DNA of 64,000 bases from contig JAUZOM010000001.1 in the NCBI GenBank assembly GCA_030706465.1, positions 1,288 through 65,287 on the forward strand, read 5' to 3'. The notes below the pieces were generated by a model. It did no database searches. It saw only the letters and a program-made list of their open reading frames with translations, and was not told the origin of the DNA. Shown here in pieces: positions 17,972 to 27,825 of the stretch. The stretch is from Bacteroidota bacterium (GTDB lineage: Bacteria; Bacteroidota; Bacteroidia; Bacteroidales; Paludibacteraceae). The position numbers were made by a program, and so were the translations under genes. The first letter of the stretch is position 1; each line of letters opens with the position of its first letter.

Positions 17972-19975
17972 CTACCAACCCATATTTTGCACCAATTTGG
18001 GATTCGAATCTATACTTTTTTGACGAATAGGCCAGAAATAATCTTTGGTAGCAAATTTTCTTTGATAAATATAAGTTTCTAAATAATAATCACTTTCTGT
18101 AGTACCATCCGCATTCCAACCACGGATAGGTCTATTCAGGTAATCTTCAGCAAGCAGCCAGCGTTTTAAATCCCAATAACGTTGTCCTTCAAATGCCAAC
18201 TCAACCATTCTTTCCTGACGAATAATGTCTCTCATACCCTCTTTGGTAGTCGGCTTAGTTGGGTTGGAACTATACTGCGCCCAGGTTTGAACCAAGCTGC
18301 CCGTTTCTTTATCCAATCCTGCCTTCGTGCGTATGGGTTGAATATATTGATATACTTCATCATCGGGGCGCGATTTTGATTCGTTAAGTGCCTCGGCACA
18401 CATCAAATAAAGATCCGATAAACGAATGATTGGGAAGAAATAGATAGTTTCACCGATATTATCAGTTGAGTTTAAAATCCATTCTCTGTTCCAAGGGATT
18501 AATTTCTTGCATGTATATCCTGTAACACTATACATGGTATTTTTAGCCCCGGCAAAATCATTGGCTTTTGAGTGAATCACATAACTATTGTGATCATCTG
18601 TTATTTCCTTCGAAAAATACCGTCCCTGATCGAAACCTAAGTAAGCATAGAAACGAGGCTCTCTGGCTGTATTATAATAAGGAACTCTGATGATTGTATC
18701 GGAATTAAAATAAAGATGATCCTTTGCCGGTACGCGAATTAAACTAAATCTGTTCGAGTAATCATAGGTTTTATCTTCCTCAATGGGAACTCCATTTTCG
18801 GTATAGAACTGATCCACAACATTCATGGTAGCTCCATGAAGATTATTGAATCCTAAAGGACGAGCACTTATTTGCATAGCATACAACGGACAAGACGCAT
18901 AGTATATTAATCGTTGAACATCCTGGCGTCCTACACCCCACACCAACTCGGTATTGTTTAAGTTTTCGGTAAACTGTCCGCGCAAATTTAATTCAAGTTG
19001 CGTTGTGTCGGTTACCGTTAAGCTATTCAATTTTTGATTAAACTTATAGAAATCTAAGGATGCGTTATGAGCGGCTGCGATAGCTGCTTTACATGCATCT
19101 GCGGCAAGTTTCCATTTTTCAACAGACAGAACAGGATTCATAAAGGGTACGCCTGCCGAATTTTTAAAGCTGCTAAATTTTGTATTTCCATTAAAAATCG
19201 GGCTTGCGCCTAACACCAACACCTTTGCTTTAATTGCTAATGCAATCGGAAGATTGATACGTCCTAATTCATTACGACGAGCGGCGTATGTAGGGAGCAA
19301 ACTATTGCTCTTAATGGCTTCATCAAGTACACTTACTATTTCGCTTACCACCTGATCAACCGGTTCTCTTTCTCTTTGCACCTGTTCGGGAGTTAACGAA
19401 ATATCAAGGTTCTTACCCATAAATGGGATAGGGCCGTACATCTGAAGCAAATAGAAATGATAATAGGCTTTCAGCACCTGAGCTTCAGCTTTCCACTGAG
19501 CTCTCTCTTCCTTTGTCATATCGGGCACCTTGTCAACATTATCAATAAATGTATTACAATCCCTGATTCCCGCCCAAAGACTTTTGATTTTAGTACTTTC
19601 ATTGCCATCACCAAATTTTTGATCTAGATTCGAATAGTCTCCTCCATCCCAGTAATTTAGTAAAGGATCAGTCTTATTTAGTTGCCCTTTTGCAATATAT
19701 TCGGTACTCCTATTCCTGTAATAATAGAAGTTCGGATCAACAAATTCTGGGTTCCAGTTTTCATCCCCACACAATAGTGCCGGATTTTGGAACACATTTG
19801 CAGTTTTTGGAAGATAATCGTAACAGGTATATAACATTTTGAACGCATCGTCGCGGGTATCAAACACTTGCTGAAGGCTGGGAATATTATCAGGAACAAT
19901 ATCCAAATAATCTGAGCAAGAAGTGCAGACAAAAATAGAAGCTGCACATATAGCAGAATATAAAATTCTTTTCAT
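17972..19975 (-). CDS. SusD/RagB-family outer-membrane glycan-binding lipoprotein
   Basis: 667-aa ORF. It contains CSDYLDIVPDN after the signal peptide, KAYYHFYLLQMYGPIPF, and ERMVELAFEGQRYWDLKRW near the C-terminus. Confidence 0.9.
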   Translation of the reverse strand: MKRILYSAICAASIFVCTSCSDYLDIVPDNIPSLQQVFDTRDDAFKMLYTCYDYLPKTANVFQNPALLCGDENWNPEFVDPNFYYYRNRSTEYIAKGQLNKTDPLLNYWDGGDYSNLDQKFGDGNESTKIKSLWAGIRDCNTFIDNVDKVPDMTKEERAQWKAEAQVLKAYYHFYLLQMYGPIPFMGKNLDISLTPEQVQREREPVDQVVSEIVSVLDEAIKSNSLLPTYAARRNELGRINLPIALAIKAKVLVLGASPIFNGNTKFSSFKNSAGVPFMNPVLSVEKWKLAADACKAAIAAAHNASLDFYKFNQKLNSLTVTDTTQLELNLRGQFTENLNNTELVWGVGRQDVQRLIYYASCPLYAMQISARPLGFNNLHGATMNVVDQFYTENGVPIEEDKTYDYSNRFSLIRVPAKDHLYFNSDTIIRVPYYNTAREPRFYAYLGFDQGRYFSKEITDDHNSYVIHSKANDFAGAKNTMYSVTGYTCKKLIPWNREWILNSTDNIGETIYFFPIIRLSDLYLMCAEALNESKSRPDDEVYQYIQPIRTKAGLDKETGSLVQTWAQYSSNPTKPTTKEGMRDIIRQERMVELAFEGQRYWDLKRWLLAEDYLNRPIRGWNADGTTESDYYLETYIYQRKFATKDYFWPIRQKSIDSNPKLVQNMGW

Positions 19976-19986
19976 AATAGTAAATA

Positions 19987-22900
19987 TTAAAAGTTAATGC
20001 TTAGTCCGACATTAATTATTCGTTGGATAGGATAATTCAATCCACTTCCTCCCATTTCAACATCCCATAATTTAAAGCTATTAAAACTAAGTAAGTTCAT
20101 ACCACTACCATAGAGACGCAGTTGTTCAATCCCTACTTTTTTTGTCAACTTCTCTGGGACAGTGTATCCTACTTCCACAGATTTTAAACGGAGATAACTT
20201 CCATCGCGCAACCACCAGGTACTTGCCTGTTCATTATTTGGTCTTGATGTATCGGATAGACGGGGCCACACAGCATAGCAATTCCGATTCGTTTCCGACC
20301 AGTGATCGTCAGCCCAGGCTTTCAAAAGAGCGTGATTGCCAACAAACGGAGCCGTACCAACAGAGCCACTATTCCAATCAACATTTGACGTTGGATCTAT
20401 CATAAAGGATGTTCTTGCAGCACCTTGCATAAAAACGTTAAAATCAAACCCATGATAGCCAAATGAGACTCCAAATCCACCTTCAAGCTGAGGAACACTT
20501 GAATAACCGATAGGGACAACATCATGTGAATCAATAATGCCATCTCTGTTAATGTCCTTATATTTAATATCACCTGGCATTACAGGTGTATCATTTACTT
20601 TGTCAAATGTTTGCTTTGGCGAATTGGCAATATCCGTTTCGTCAATAAACAAGCGTTCTGCAATAAGTCCCCGTTGTTGCCCTATATAAGTACCTTCGGT
20701 TTTCAACCAATCCATTCCTGCCGGAACCATCTCTTCATACTTGTCATACTTGCTTACTGCGTACGAAAAAGTAAAATTGGCTCTTATCCACACGTTTTTG
20801 TTGAAACTATGATTTTCAGTTGCAGTTATTTCAAACCCATACGATTTGGCTTCACCCACATTTGCACGAACGTCTGCAGGAGCAGATCCATCTGCGGGAG
20901 GATAGTCCGACAAACCCATAGTAGTAGGAATAGCCGTACGGTTTATCAGAATATTGGTTCGTTTTTCATGAAACCAATCGAACTGAAGTTCTAATTCTCT
21001 AAACAAAGTCGTTTCAACCCCGAGATTCAACTTTGCCGCTTTTTCCCATGTTATGCTCGTATTAGCAAAACGGTTGAAATTAATACCAGTTGAATTAGCA
21101 ACTGGACTTCCTCCTGATTCTCCAAAATCGTTACTAAGTCCCTTACTCATATCTACCCGATCTAAGTAGAAGAAGCGATCATTAGCATCACCAATCGCAT
21201 CATTACCCACTAAACCATAAGTCGATTTCAATTTCAAATTAGTAACTATTTCATTACTGGTCCAAAATTTTTCATTTGAAACAATCCACCCACCACCAAA
21301 CGATGGGAAAAATCCAAATTGATGGTTCTTGGCAAAACGTTCGGCACCGTTATACCCAAAGTTGGTCTCTAAAAAGTATTTATGATTATATCCATAAGTA
21401 AAACGACCGGAGAGTCCGATATTTCGTGTAGGAAGAGAAAGTTGTAAATCATTATTAAAATCGGAAGTGGTAACTTCTCTTAAGGTACCTACAACCATGG
21501 CAGAGAAATTATGCAGTTCATTGAATATTTTCTCATAATTGCCTGAAAATTCTCCATATATCGTTGAATTGACGTTTTTATCACCCCCAGAGAAACCCAA
21601 AGACTCATTCCCTTGAGAAAAATTATTCAACTTAAAATATCCGGTGATTGGATTGTAGGTACTCATTGTATAGTAGTAAGGGGTATAAGATCGGTTTATT
21701 GAATAAACCGACTGACGGGTGGTACTTGCCATAAACCGGGTAGACAATCCAGGGGTAATGAAGTCAAGTTTTTGCCTTAACTCTATCTGAGCAATCAAAT
21801 TGGTTTGGGTGGATTGTTGATAACCCTTAACCATATCCGCATAAGGGTTTATAAAACTATACAAAGGAGTACCTCCAAATAAAACATGTTTGGTGTTTAG
21901 GTTAATTTCGTCTGGTTCATAATATGCAGGGAAATCAACCGGATTTGACAACATAACACGTTGATACATTTGATTCCCGGTATACATGGGTCCGCTGGCT
22001 TCCCGGAAATTTGCATTAAATTTAATGGAACCTGTGGTAGTAGATGTAAATTCGATATCTGTATTTGAACGAAGATTCACGTTATTAATGCTGATATTGT
22101 TGTTAAAGTTATTACGTTTATCCACCTTCAAGACCCCATTATCATTGGTAAAGGAACCAGCAATATAATACTTAACTCGTTTACCTCCACCACTTAAATT
22201 CATATTAAAACGATTATTTTCTGCCACATCCTTAAACAGCAACTTCAACCAATCATTGGCTGGATAGTAATAAGGATTTATTCCGGATTCAACACCTGCA
22301 ATTTGCTCATCGCTATACCTACGAGTATAATCAGGGTGACGTGTAACAATGGCTTCATTGTTTAACTTCATATAAGTTAACGGATCGGCAAACTCGACAG
22401 TACGTGTTGGCTGACTATATGACTGTTCAAACCTAAAGTTCAACTTTGTCTTTCCTTCCACACCCATTTTGGTGCTAACTAAGATTACTCCATTTGCCCC
22501 GCGTGATCCATAAAGCGAAGTCGCAGTAGCATCTTTCATAATCGAAAAGCTCTGAATATCATCTACCGATAATCGGGCTAAATCACTGGAAGACACTTCC
22601 ATATTATCGATCAGAATAAGTGGACCTCTGGAATAATTGTTGAATGTAGCTACACCACGCACGAAGAATTGCGCATTATCAGCACCAGGTTCTCCTGAAG
22701 TTTGCATGGTGATTAAGCCGGCAATACGTCCACCTAAAGCTGTTGTTAAGTTACTGGTTGGCACCCTCAAATCCGAAGGTCTTACTGTAGATATCGAGGC
22801 TACAACACTTTCTTTTTTCTGTTTCCCGAAAGCTACAACAGTAACTTCATCCAGCTTTTTCTCAGACTCTTCTAATGTTACACGAAGTTCTTTATCATTT

Positions 22901-23178
22901 TTTACCGTTACAGTTTGAGTTTCATAACCAATATAACTGAAAACGAGTACATCTCCAATTTTTGCATTGATGGAAAATGCGCCATCAAGATCGGTTGTCG
23001 TTGCTGCTTTTTTATTAGATTGAACATAAACTGTTGCTCCAACAATAAAGCCGGACTTATCCGAAACAACACCTTTTACTTTAGTATTTTGAGCCGATAC
23101 CTCACCTACACAAAAGGTAAAAAAAATCATAAGTAAAATGGCTATACCATATCGCCTCTTTTGTTTTATTTTTTTCAT
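19987..23178 (-). CDS. SusC/RagA-family TonB-dependent outer-membrane transporter
   Basis: 1063-aa ORF. Carboxypeptidase-regulatory-like N-domain (VKGVVSDKSGFIVGATVYV), plug region (VTVVAFGKQKKESVVASIS, GPLILIDNMEV) and a C-terminal aromatic residue (LSINF). It is followed 12 nt later by SusD. Confidence 0.92.
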   Translation of the reverse strand: MKKIKQKRRYGIAILLMIFFTFCVGEVSAQNTKVKGVVSDKSGFIVGATVYVQSNKKAATTTDLDGAFSINAKIGDVLVFSYIGYETQTVTVKNDKELRVTLEESEKKLDEVTVVAFGKQKKESVVASISTVRPSDLRVPTSNLTTALGGRIAGLITMQTSGEPGADNAQFFVRGVATFNNYSRGPLILIDNMEVSSSDLARLSVDDIQSFSIMKDATATSLYGSRGANGVILVSTKMGVEGKTKLNFRFEQSYSQPTRTVEFADPLTYMKLNNEAIVTRHPDYTRRYSDEQIAGVESGINPYYYPANDWLKLLFKDVAENNRFNMNLSGGGKRVKYYIAGSFTNDNGVLKVDKRNNFNNNISINNVNLRSNTDIEFTSTTTGSIKFNANFREASGPMYTGNQMYQRVMLSNPVDFPAYYEPDEINLNTKHVLFGGTPLYSFINPYADMVKGYQQSTQTNLIAQIELRQKLDFITPGLSTRFMASTTRQSVYSINRSYTPYYYTMSTYNPITGYFKLNNFSQGNESLGFSGGDKNVNSTIYGEFSGNYEKIFNELHNFSAMVVGTLREVTTSDFNNDLQLSLPTRNIGLSGRFTYGYNHKYFLETNFGYNGAERFAKNHQFGFFPSFGGGWIVSNEKFWTSNEIVTNLKLKSTYGLVGNDAIGDANDRFFYLDRVDMSKGLSNDFGESGGSPVANSTGINFNRFANTSITWEKAAKLNLGVETTLFRELELQFDWFHEKRTNILINRTAIPTTMGLSDYPPADGSAPADVRANVGEAKSYGFEITATENHSFNKNVWIRANFTFSYAVSKYDKYEEMVPAGMDWLKTEGTYIGQQRGLIAERLFIDETDIANSPKQTFDKVNDTPVMPGDIKYKDINRDGIIDSHDVVPIGYSSVPQLEGGFGVSFGYHGFDFNVFMQGAARTSFMIDPTSNVDWNSGSVGTAPFVGNHALLKAWADDHWSETNRNCYAVWPRLSDTSRPNNEQASTWWLRDGSYLRLKSVEVGYTVPEKLTKKVGIEQLRLYGSGMNLLSFNSFKLWDVEMGGSGLNYPIQRIINVGLSINF

Positions 23179-23509
23179 TAAATATTAGATTGAAGTAACT
23201 AAAAAATTAATTTATATTTCTACTTAAACAATATAGATTATATACTTACATTCATTGTACGCTGACGAAAAGTTCTATGTTGGCTTGTTTTTCATAAAAT
23301 TTGATATTTTTAAAATTGAACTAAAATATTTATCTTGATGATTAGATTAGCACCCTCATAAAAAAACGCATCACCACAATTACTTTACTGAACAATTGCA
23401 GTCTTTTTTAAAATCATGTTTTTATAATTTCCGTGTAAACTTCATACAAAGTAAGCATCTAAAAATTAAAAATGGGATTAAAAAGAGATTAATTAATTCC
23501 TCAATCTTA

Positions 23510-25225
23510 TTAATCAACAGACTTTTTAATCATTTTCTTTGTTTGACCTGGTCGATATTTCATTCTTACACGCCAGAGCAATTCATTCACCGAAACAGTC
23601 TTAATTCCTTCGGATAATAAACTCTCTGTTGCTTTGACTGGGTTAAAACCGGTTGCCGGCAAGTTCGTCACTTTACTGGAATTTGTAAAATCAGACCAAG
23701 CATGAGCAATTGTCCACGACAAAACACTTTTCTGTTTTCTTGCAATAACATCTCGATTTATAAGAGAAGATATATATTCAGGAGTTCCACAATTGGGGCG
23801 TTGGGGGTTTACCTCGTTCCACAACGAATAAGTAGCAGTAGAAACAGGGATGTCAATGCCCTGTGAATTCTCGAACCACATAATATCGCCGCCAAGTTCG
23901 TACGGAAAATACTGAACGGCAAGCATTCCGGTTATTCCTTTTAACTCTTCAGCATAAATTTGAAAAGCCTCCTTCGAGGTTTCACTCTTAACGTCGTGAC
24001 AAATGAATCCGAATACTTTAATGCCCATCAGTTGCAAATGGTAGTTTATCCGTTGAGCAAATTTTCTTAAAAGTTCTTTTCGGTTAGGCCTTTTTATAGC
24101 AAACAAGTCTGGATACTGATAACCTCCTCCATATTCGATGTAAGAGTTTCGGGGATGCTGTTTCTCAGCCAGTTCATTCCATGTAAAAGGGGAAATTATC
24201 GATAGATTTATAGGGCAAAGTGTCCAACTAATTCCGGTACCTGATATTCCATTATTACCAGCATAGCATCCACTATCTGCAAATTCCCCCATAATCCATT
24301 GCATATTATCGCCGTCGCTCATCACAAAAGAGTGAAATGAAGCTGTATCTCGGAAATCAATTTCTTCCAATGGCTTTTCATTGGCTTTCTTTAAAGCCAC
24401 TTTGCCTGAGACGGAAGAAATAAGTGGCAGATTGAGGCACCAATCTGTAGCTGTACTATAATGTCCCCATTCAGAGATAAGACTCGTGAAATCATATTCA
24501 TCACCACACCCCCAGCCCAAAATAGGTGATAACGGACATACCCATTGCAAAACTTTCTCTATTAACTCTTTTTTGTCCGCATAAAGCATTAGTTTGTGGG
24601 CAATGGCATAGTCCCTCATATTCGTAACTGATGGATGAATACTTAAAGCCGAACAATTGTTTAGTTGATTTTTTGTATTTTCAAAGCAACTTTCCAAAGA
24701 CTCTTCGCGAACATCTTTCAATAGTTTCAAACTATGTAAATTCGCTTGTTTGACAAGGCTTTCGTCTATCATAGCTCCCGATAATAAGGAAGCGTAAACT
24801 GTCGCTACATTGCTGGAATAATCTGTTATTTTTCTCCGATCAATATTCTTGTCCAATGTATATAAAATATAACCTGCAACCACTTTTCGTTGAACAAGGT
24901 AATCAACTAACGACCACAAATCCATCTCCTTCACTTCAGAAATATTCAGGGCACTAAGAGTTGATTGAAAGATTTTCTGATAGGCTTTATTTTCAGTATC
25001 AATCCAAATCATTTCATCGAATCGTTCCTCATTCACTGCTTTAGCTGCCAAACCAGATAACGATTCTAAAAGCATTGCTTCGGCCGTATTTCTTGATGAC
25101 TTACAAACAATAATGCTCTTCGGTTGTTTCTGAACTGGCCATCCATACCTCCCGTCATATTCTGAACTCCACAAATACATGGAAAGAAAAATAAAAATCA
25201 GCAAAAAGTAATTCCGTTTAATCAT
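23510..25225 (-). CDS. GxGYxYP-family protein (uncharacterised putative glycoside hydrolase)
   Basis: 571-aa ORF with an N-terminal signal/anchor sequence. The family-defining motif is present as EYGGGYQYPDLF. Confidence 0.7.
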   Translation of the reverse strand: MIKRNYFLLIFIFLSMYLWSSEYDGRYGWPVQKQPKSIIVCKSSRNTAEAMLLESLSGLAAKAVNEERFDEMIWIDTENKAYQKIFQSTLSALNISEVKEMDLWSLVDYLVQRKVVAGYILYTLDKNIDRRKITDYSSNVATVYASLLSGAMIDESLVKQANLHSLKLLKDVREESLESCFENTKNQLNNCSALSIHPSVTNMRDYAIAHKLMLYADKKELIEKVLQWVCPLSPILGWGCGDEYDFTSLISEWGHYSTATDWCLNLPLISSVSGKVALKKANEKPLEEIDFRDTASFHSFVMSDGDNMQWIMGEFADSGCYAGNNGISGTGISWTLCPINLSIISPFTWNELAEKQHPRNSYIEYGGGYQYPDLFAIKRPNRKELLRKFAQRINYHLQLMGIKVFGFICHDVKSETSKEAFQIYAEELKGITGMLAVQYFPYELGGDIMWFENSQGIDIPVSTATYSLWNEVNPQRPNCGTPEYISSLINRDVIARKQKSVLSWTIAHAWSDFTNSSKVTNLPATGFNPVKATESLLSEGIKTVSVNELLWRVRMKYRPGQTKKMIKKSVD

Positions 25226-25243
25226 TTTATGTTATTTAATTTA

Positions 25244-25282
25244 GTTGAAATAGATAGAGGAACAGCCGTCTGCTATTTCAAC
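25244..25282 (-). terminator. 10-bp hairpin downstream of GH3
   Basis: gttgaaatag (25244-25253) pairs with ctatttcaac (25273-25282). The loop is 19 nt. Confidence 0.4.
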
Positions 25283-25300
25283 TCTAAACCATTAATTATA

Positions 25301-27640
25301 TTAATGCTCCTTCACTTCGAATGAGCCAGTTAGTCGAATATCTTCCGAGGAGCTTCCGATCATCACAGAAAAGGTACCTGGTTCAACCATAAAGTGATTA
25401 TCCTTATTCCACAATCCGAGTTCCTGGGAAGTTAACACAAAGTTCACTTCCTTTTCTTCCCCCGGTAATAAATGCAAGCGTTCGAATCCACGTAAGGTTT
25501 TTACATAAGTGGTTACCGAACTATAGTCATCTCTGACATAGAGTTGTACTACTTCATCACCCGGGAGTTTTCCGGTGTTTTTAATGGTACAGCTAATCTT
25601 ATTATTGGCTAATGATTCGATAACAGGATGCTTAATCTGCAAATTTTTGTATTCGAAAGTGGTGTAACTCAAGCCAAATCCAAAGGGGAAAAGAGCTCCA
25701 TCGACCCGTACATTCCCTTTGGAATCAGAACCGGGTTTAAATGGAAAAGCAAAAGGAATTTGTCCTACCGTCTTGGGGATGGTTATCGGTAACTTTCCTC
25801 CTGGATTATAATCGCCAAATAATACCTGAGCTACTGCGTCGCCCATAAATTCTCCGGGAAAACCGCTATACAGAATAGCCGACACATTCTTTTTAGCCCA
25901 ATTTATAGTAACTGCACGTCCATCGATAACAAGGAGAACAATGGGAACTCCCGTAGCATAAACTGCTTTCAACAATTGTTCTTGTCGTCCACAGAGATTT
26001 AAGTTGGAACGAGAATATTCTTCGCGTACCGTTTTTTCATTTCCTCCCAACACTAAAATGGCTACTTCCGATTTTCTGGCTTGTTCTACAGCCTCATTTA
26101 TCATTTCTTTCTCTACAGAATCTAACGGAACATCATACAATTCACTCTCCAGAAAATGCCGATCAATAATATCGCATCCTTTAGCATATAAAACCTGTGC
26201 TTCAGGTAAATACGACTTGATACCTTGATATACTGTTTTGATAGAAGCATTAGCTGGTCCATACCTGCAAATCAAATACTTAGCCTCGTTTGCATTCGGT
26301 CCGATAACCGCTATTCTTCGAATATTCTTATTCAATGGCAGCATATTTTTATCGTTTTTAAGCAATACCATTGATTCTAAAGCGGCTTTCAAAGAAACGG
26401 CCTGACTGGCTTTTGTGTGTACCATTTTCTCCGATAGTTCTCCATCTCCTTTATACGGATTATCGAAAAGCTTTTCTTTAAATTTCACCTTCAGCACATC
26501 CAACACCCGACTATCAATCGTTTTTAAAGAGACCTTACCATCACTAATTGCCTGTCTTAGAGGTAGAACAAAATTATGTGGACCTGAAAAGTTGGTTCGG
26601 ATATTCAACCCCGCATTAATCACCGAAGCTACTGCATCTTCCATTGTTGAAGCAACTTTGTGTTTTGTATTTAAAAATTCGACAGCTTCACTATCGGAAA
26701 CAACATATCCTTTAAATCCCCATTCGTTCCGAAGTATTTGTGTAAGAAAATAATAACTACCTGTAATGGGTTCGCCATCATAATCGTTGTAGGAACTCAT
26801 CACCCCTAACGCTCCGGCTTCTTGTATTGCCTTACGAAAAGGCTCCAGATATAATGTACGCATTTCACGGGGAGCCACATGCGGGTCGGTACGTGTGCCT
26901 TCGTCACGTCCACCAACCGGTATGCTGTATACAGCAAAATGCTTAGGCGTTGACACTAATCCATTACTTTGTAATCCTAACACCATTTGTTTGCCTAATT
27001 CGCCCACTAAATAAGGATCTTCACCATAGCATTCCACTACTCTTCCCCAACGCGGATCCTGAGCCAGATCCAAAATTGGCGAATAAATATTGGTATAACC
27101 TAAGGCATTTGCCTCCTGTGCTGTTACTCCAGCTATCTCTTTTATCAATGCTCTATCCCAACTGGCACCCTGTCCACACTGGGCAGGAAATAAAGTAGCT
27201 CTATCAGAGCATAAACCTCGAATCCCTTCGTTTGTGAAGTCTACCGGAATACCTAAACGAGTCTCTTCCACAAACCACCGTTGAATTGTTTGTCGGTTCT
27301 GCACCCCAGTTGCATAGGGGAACGAAAGCGTTGAACCAAACTTTCCCAATCCATTAGCCTGCTCATCGATATTTCCAATTCCATCCTTCCATATTTCGGT
27401 CCGCCACTTGGAGGTTGGGGCAACATCTTCTAACACCCGGCCAGAACCATAAAGAGTGGCAAGCTGGCACGTCTTTTCTTCCAAGGTCATTTTCCGAAGA
27501 AGGTCTTCAGCTCTTGCATCAATGGATAAAGACGGATTTTCAAAAACATCCATAACTCCATTTTTATTAAAATCGATCCACCCTTTTCTGTAGATATTTC
27601 TTGTCTGTGCAAAAGCTAACTGACTAAAAAAAAAACACAA
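25301..27640 (-). CDS. GH3 beta-glucosidase-type glycoside hydrolase. The true start is probably at 27668, disrupted by a homopolymer frameshift.
   Basis: 779-aa ORF beginning at a TTG. GH3 motifs: KHFAVYS and GYVVSDSEAV (nucleophile Asp region). C-terminal Fn3-like domain. See the finding on the 10-nt homopolymer at 27626-27635. Confidence 0.85.
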   Translation of the reverse strand: MCFFFSQLAFAQTRNIYRKGWIDFNKNGVMDVFENPSLSIDARAEDLLRKMTLEEKTCQLATLYGSGRVLEDVAPTSKWRTEIWKDGIGNIDEQANGLGKFGSTLSFPYATGVQNRQTIQRWFVEETRLGIPVDFTNEGIRGLCSDRATLFPAQCGQGASWDRALIKEIAGVTAQEANALGYTNIYSPILDLAQDPRWGRVVECYGEDPYLVGELGKQMVLGLQSNGLVSTPKHFAVYSIPVGGRDEGTRTDPHVAPREMRTLYLEPFRKAIQEAGALGVMSSYNDYDGEPITGSYYFLTQILRNEWGFKGYVVSDSEAVEFLNTKHKVASTMEDAVASVINAGLNIRTNFSGPHNFVLPLRQAISDGKVSLKTIDSRVLDVLKVKFKEKLFDNPYKGDGELSEKMVHTKASQAVSLKAALESMVLLKNDKNMLPLNKNIRRIAVIGPNANEAKYLICRYGPANASIKTVYQGIKSYLPEAQVLYAKGCDIIDRHFLESELYDVPLDSVEKEMINEAVEQARKSEVAILVLGGNEKTVREEYSRSNLNLCGRQEQLLKAVYATGVPIVLLVIDGRAVTINWAKKNVSAILYSGFPGEFMGDAVAQVLFGDYNPGGKLPITIPKTVGQIPFAFPFKPGSDSKGNVRVDGALFPFGFGLSYTTFEYKNLQIKHPVIESLANNKISCTIKNTGKLPGDEVVQLYVRDDYSSVTTYVKTLRGFERLHLLPGEEKEVNFVLTSQELGLWNKDNHFMVEPGTFSVMIGSSSEDIRLTGSFEVKEH

Positions 27641-27825
27641 TACAAATCAGACCTATTTTACTCTTCATCAGTTTAGAAGCCGCCCCAAATCCATTCCAAG
27701 AAGGGAATGCAAAGCAAGTTCTGTTTTTAATCAGTTCCTTATGTATCCAAACTTGTTTTTGAAATGGGAATTTCATATATTATTAAATGCTTGGTGAATA
27801 AATAATTGGATATCAAAATCGTTTT

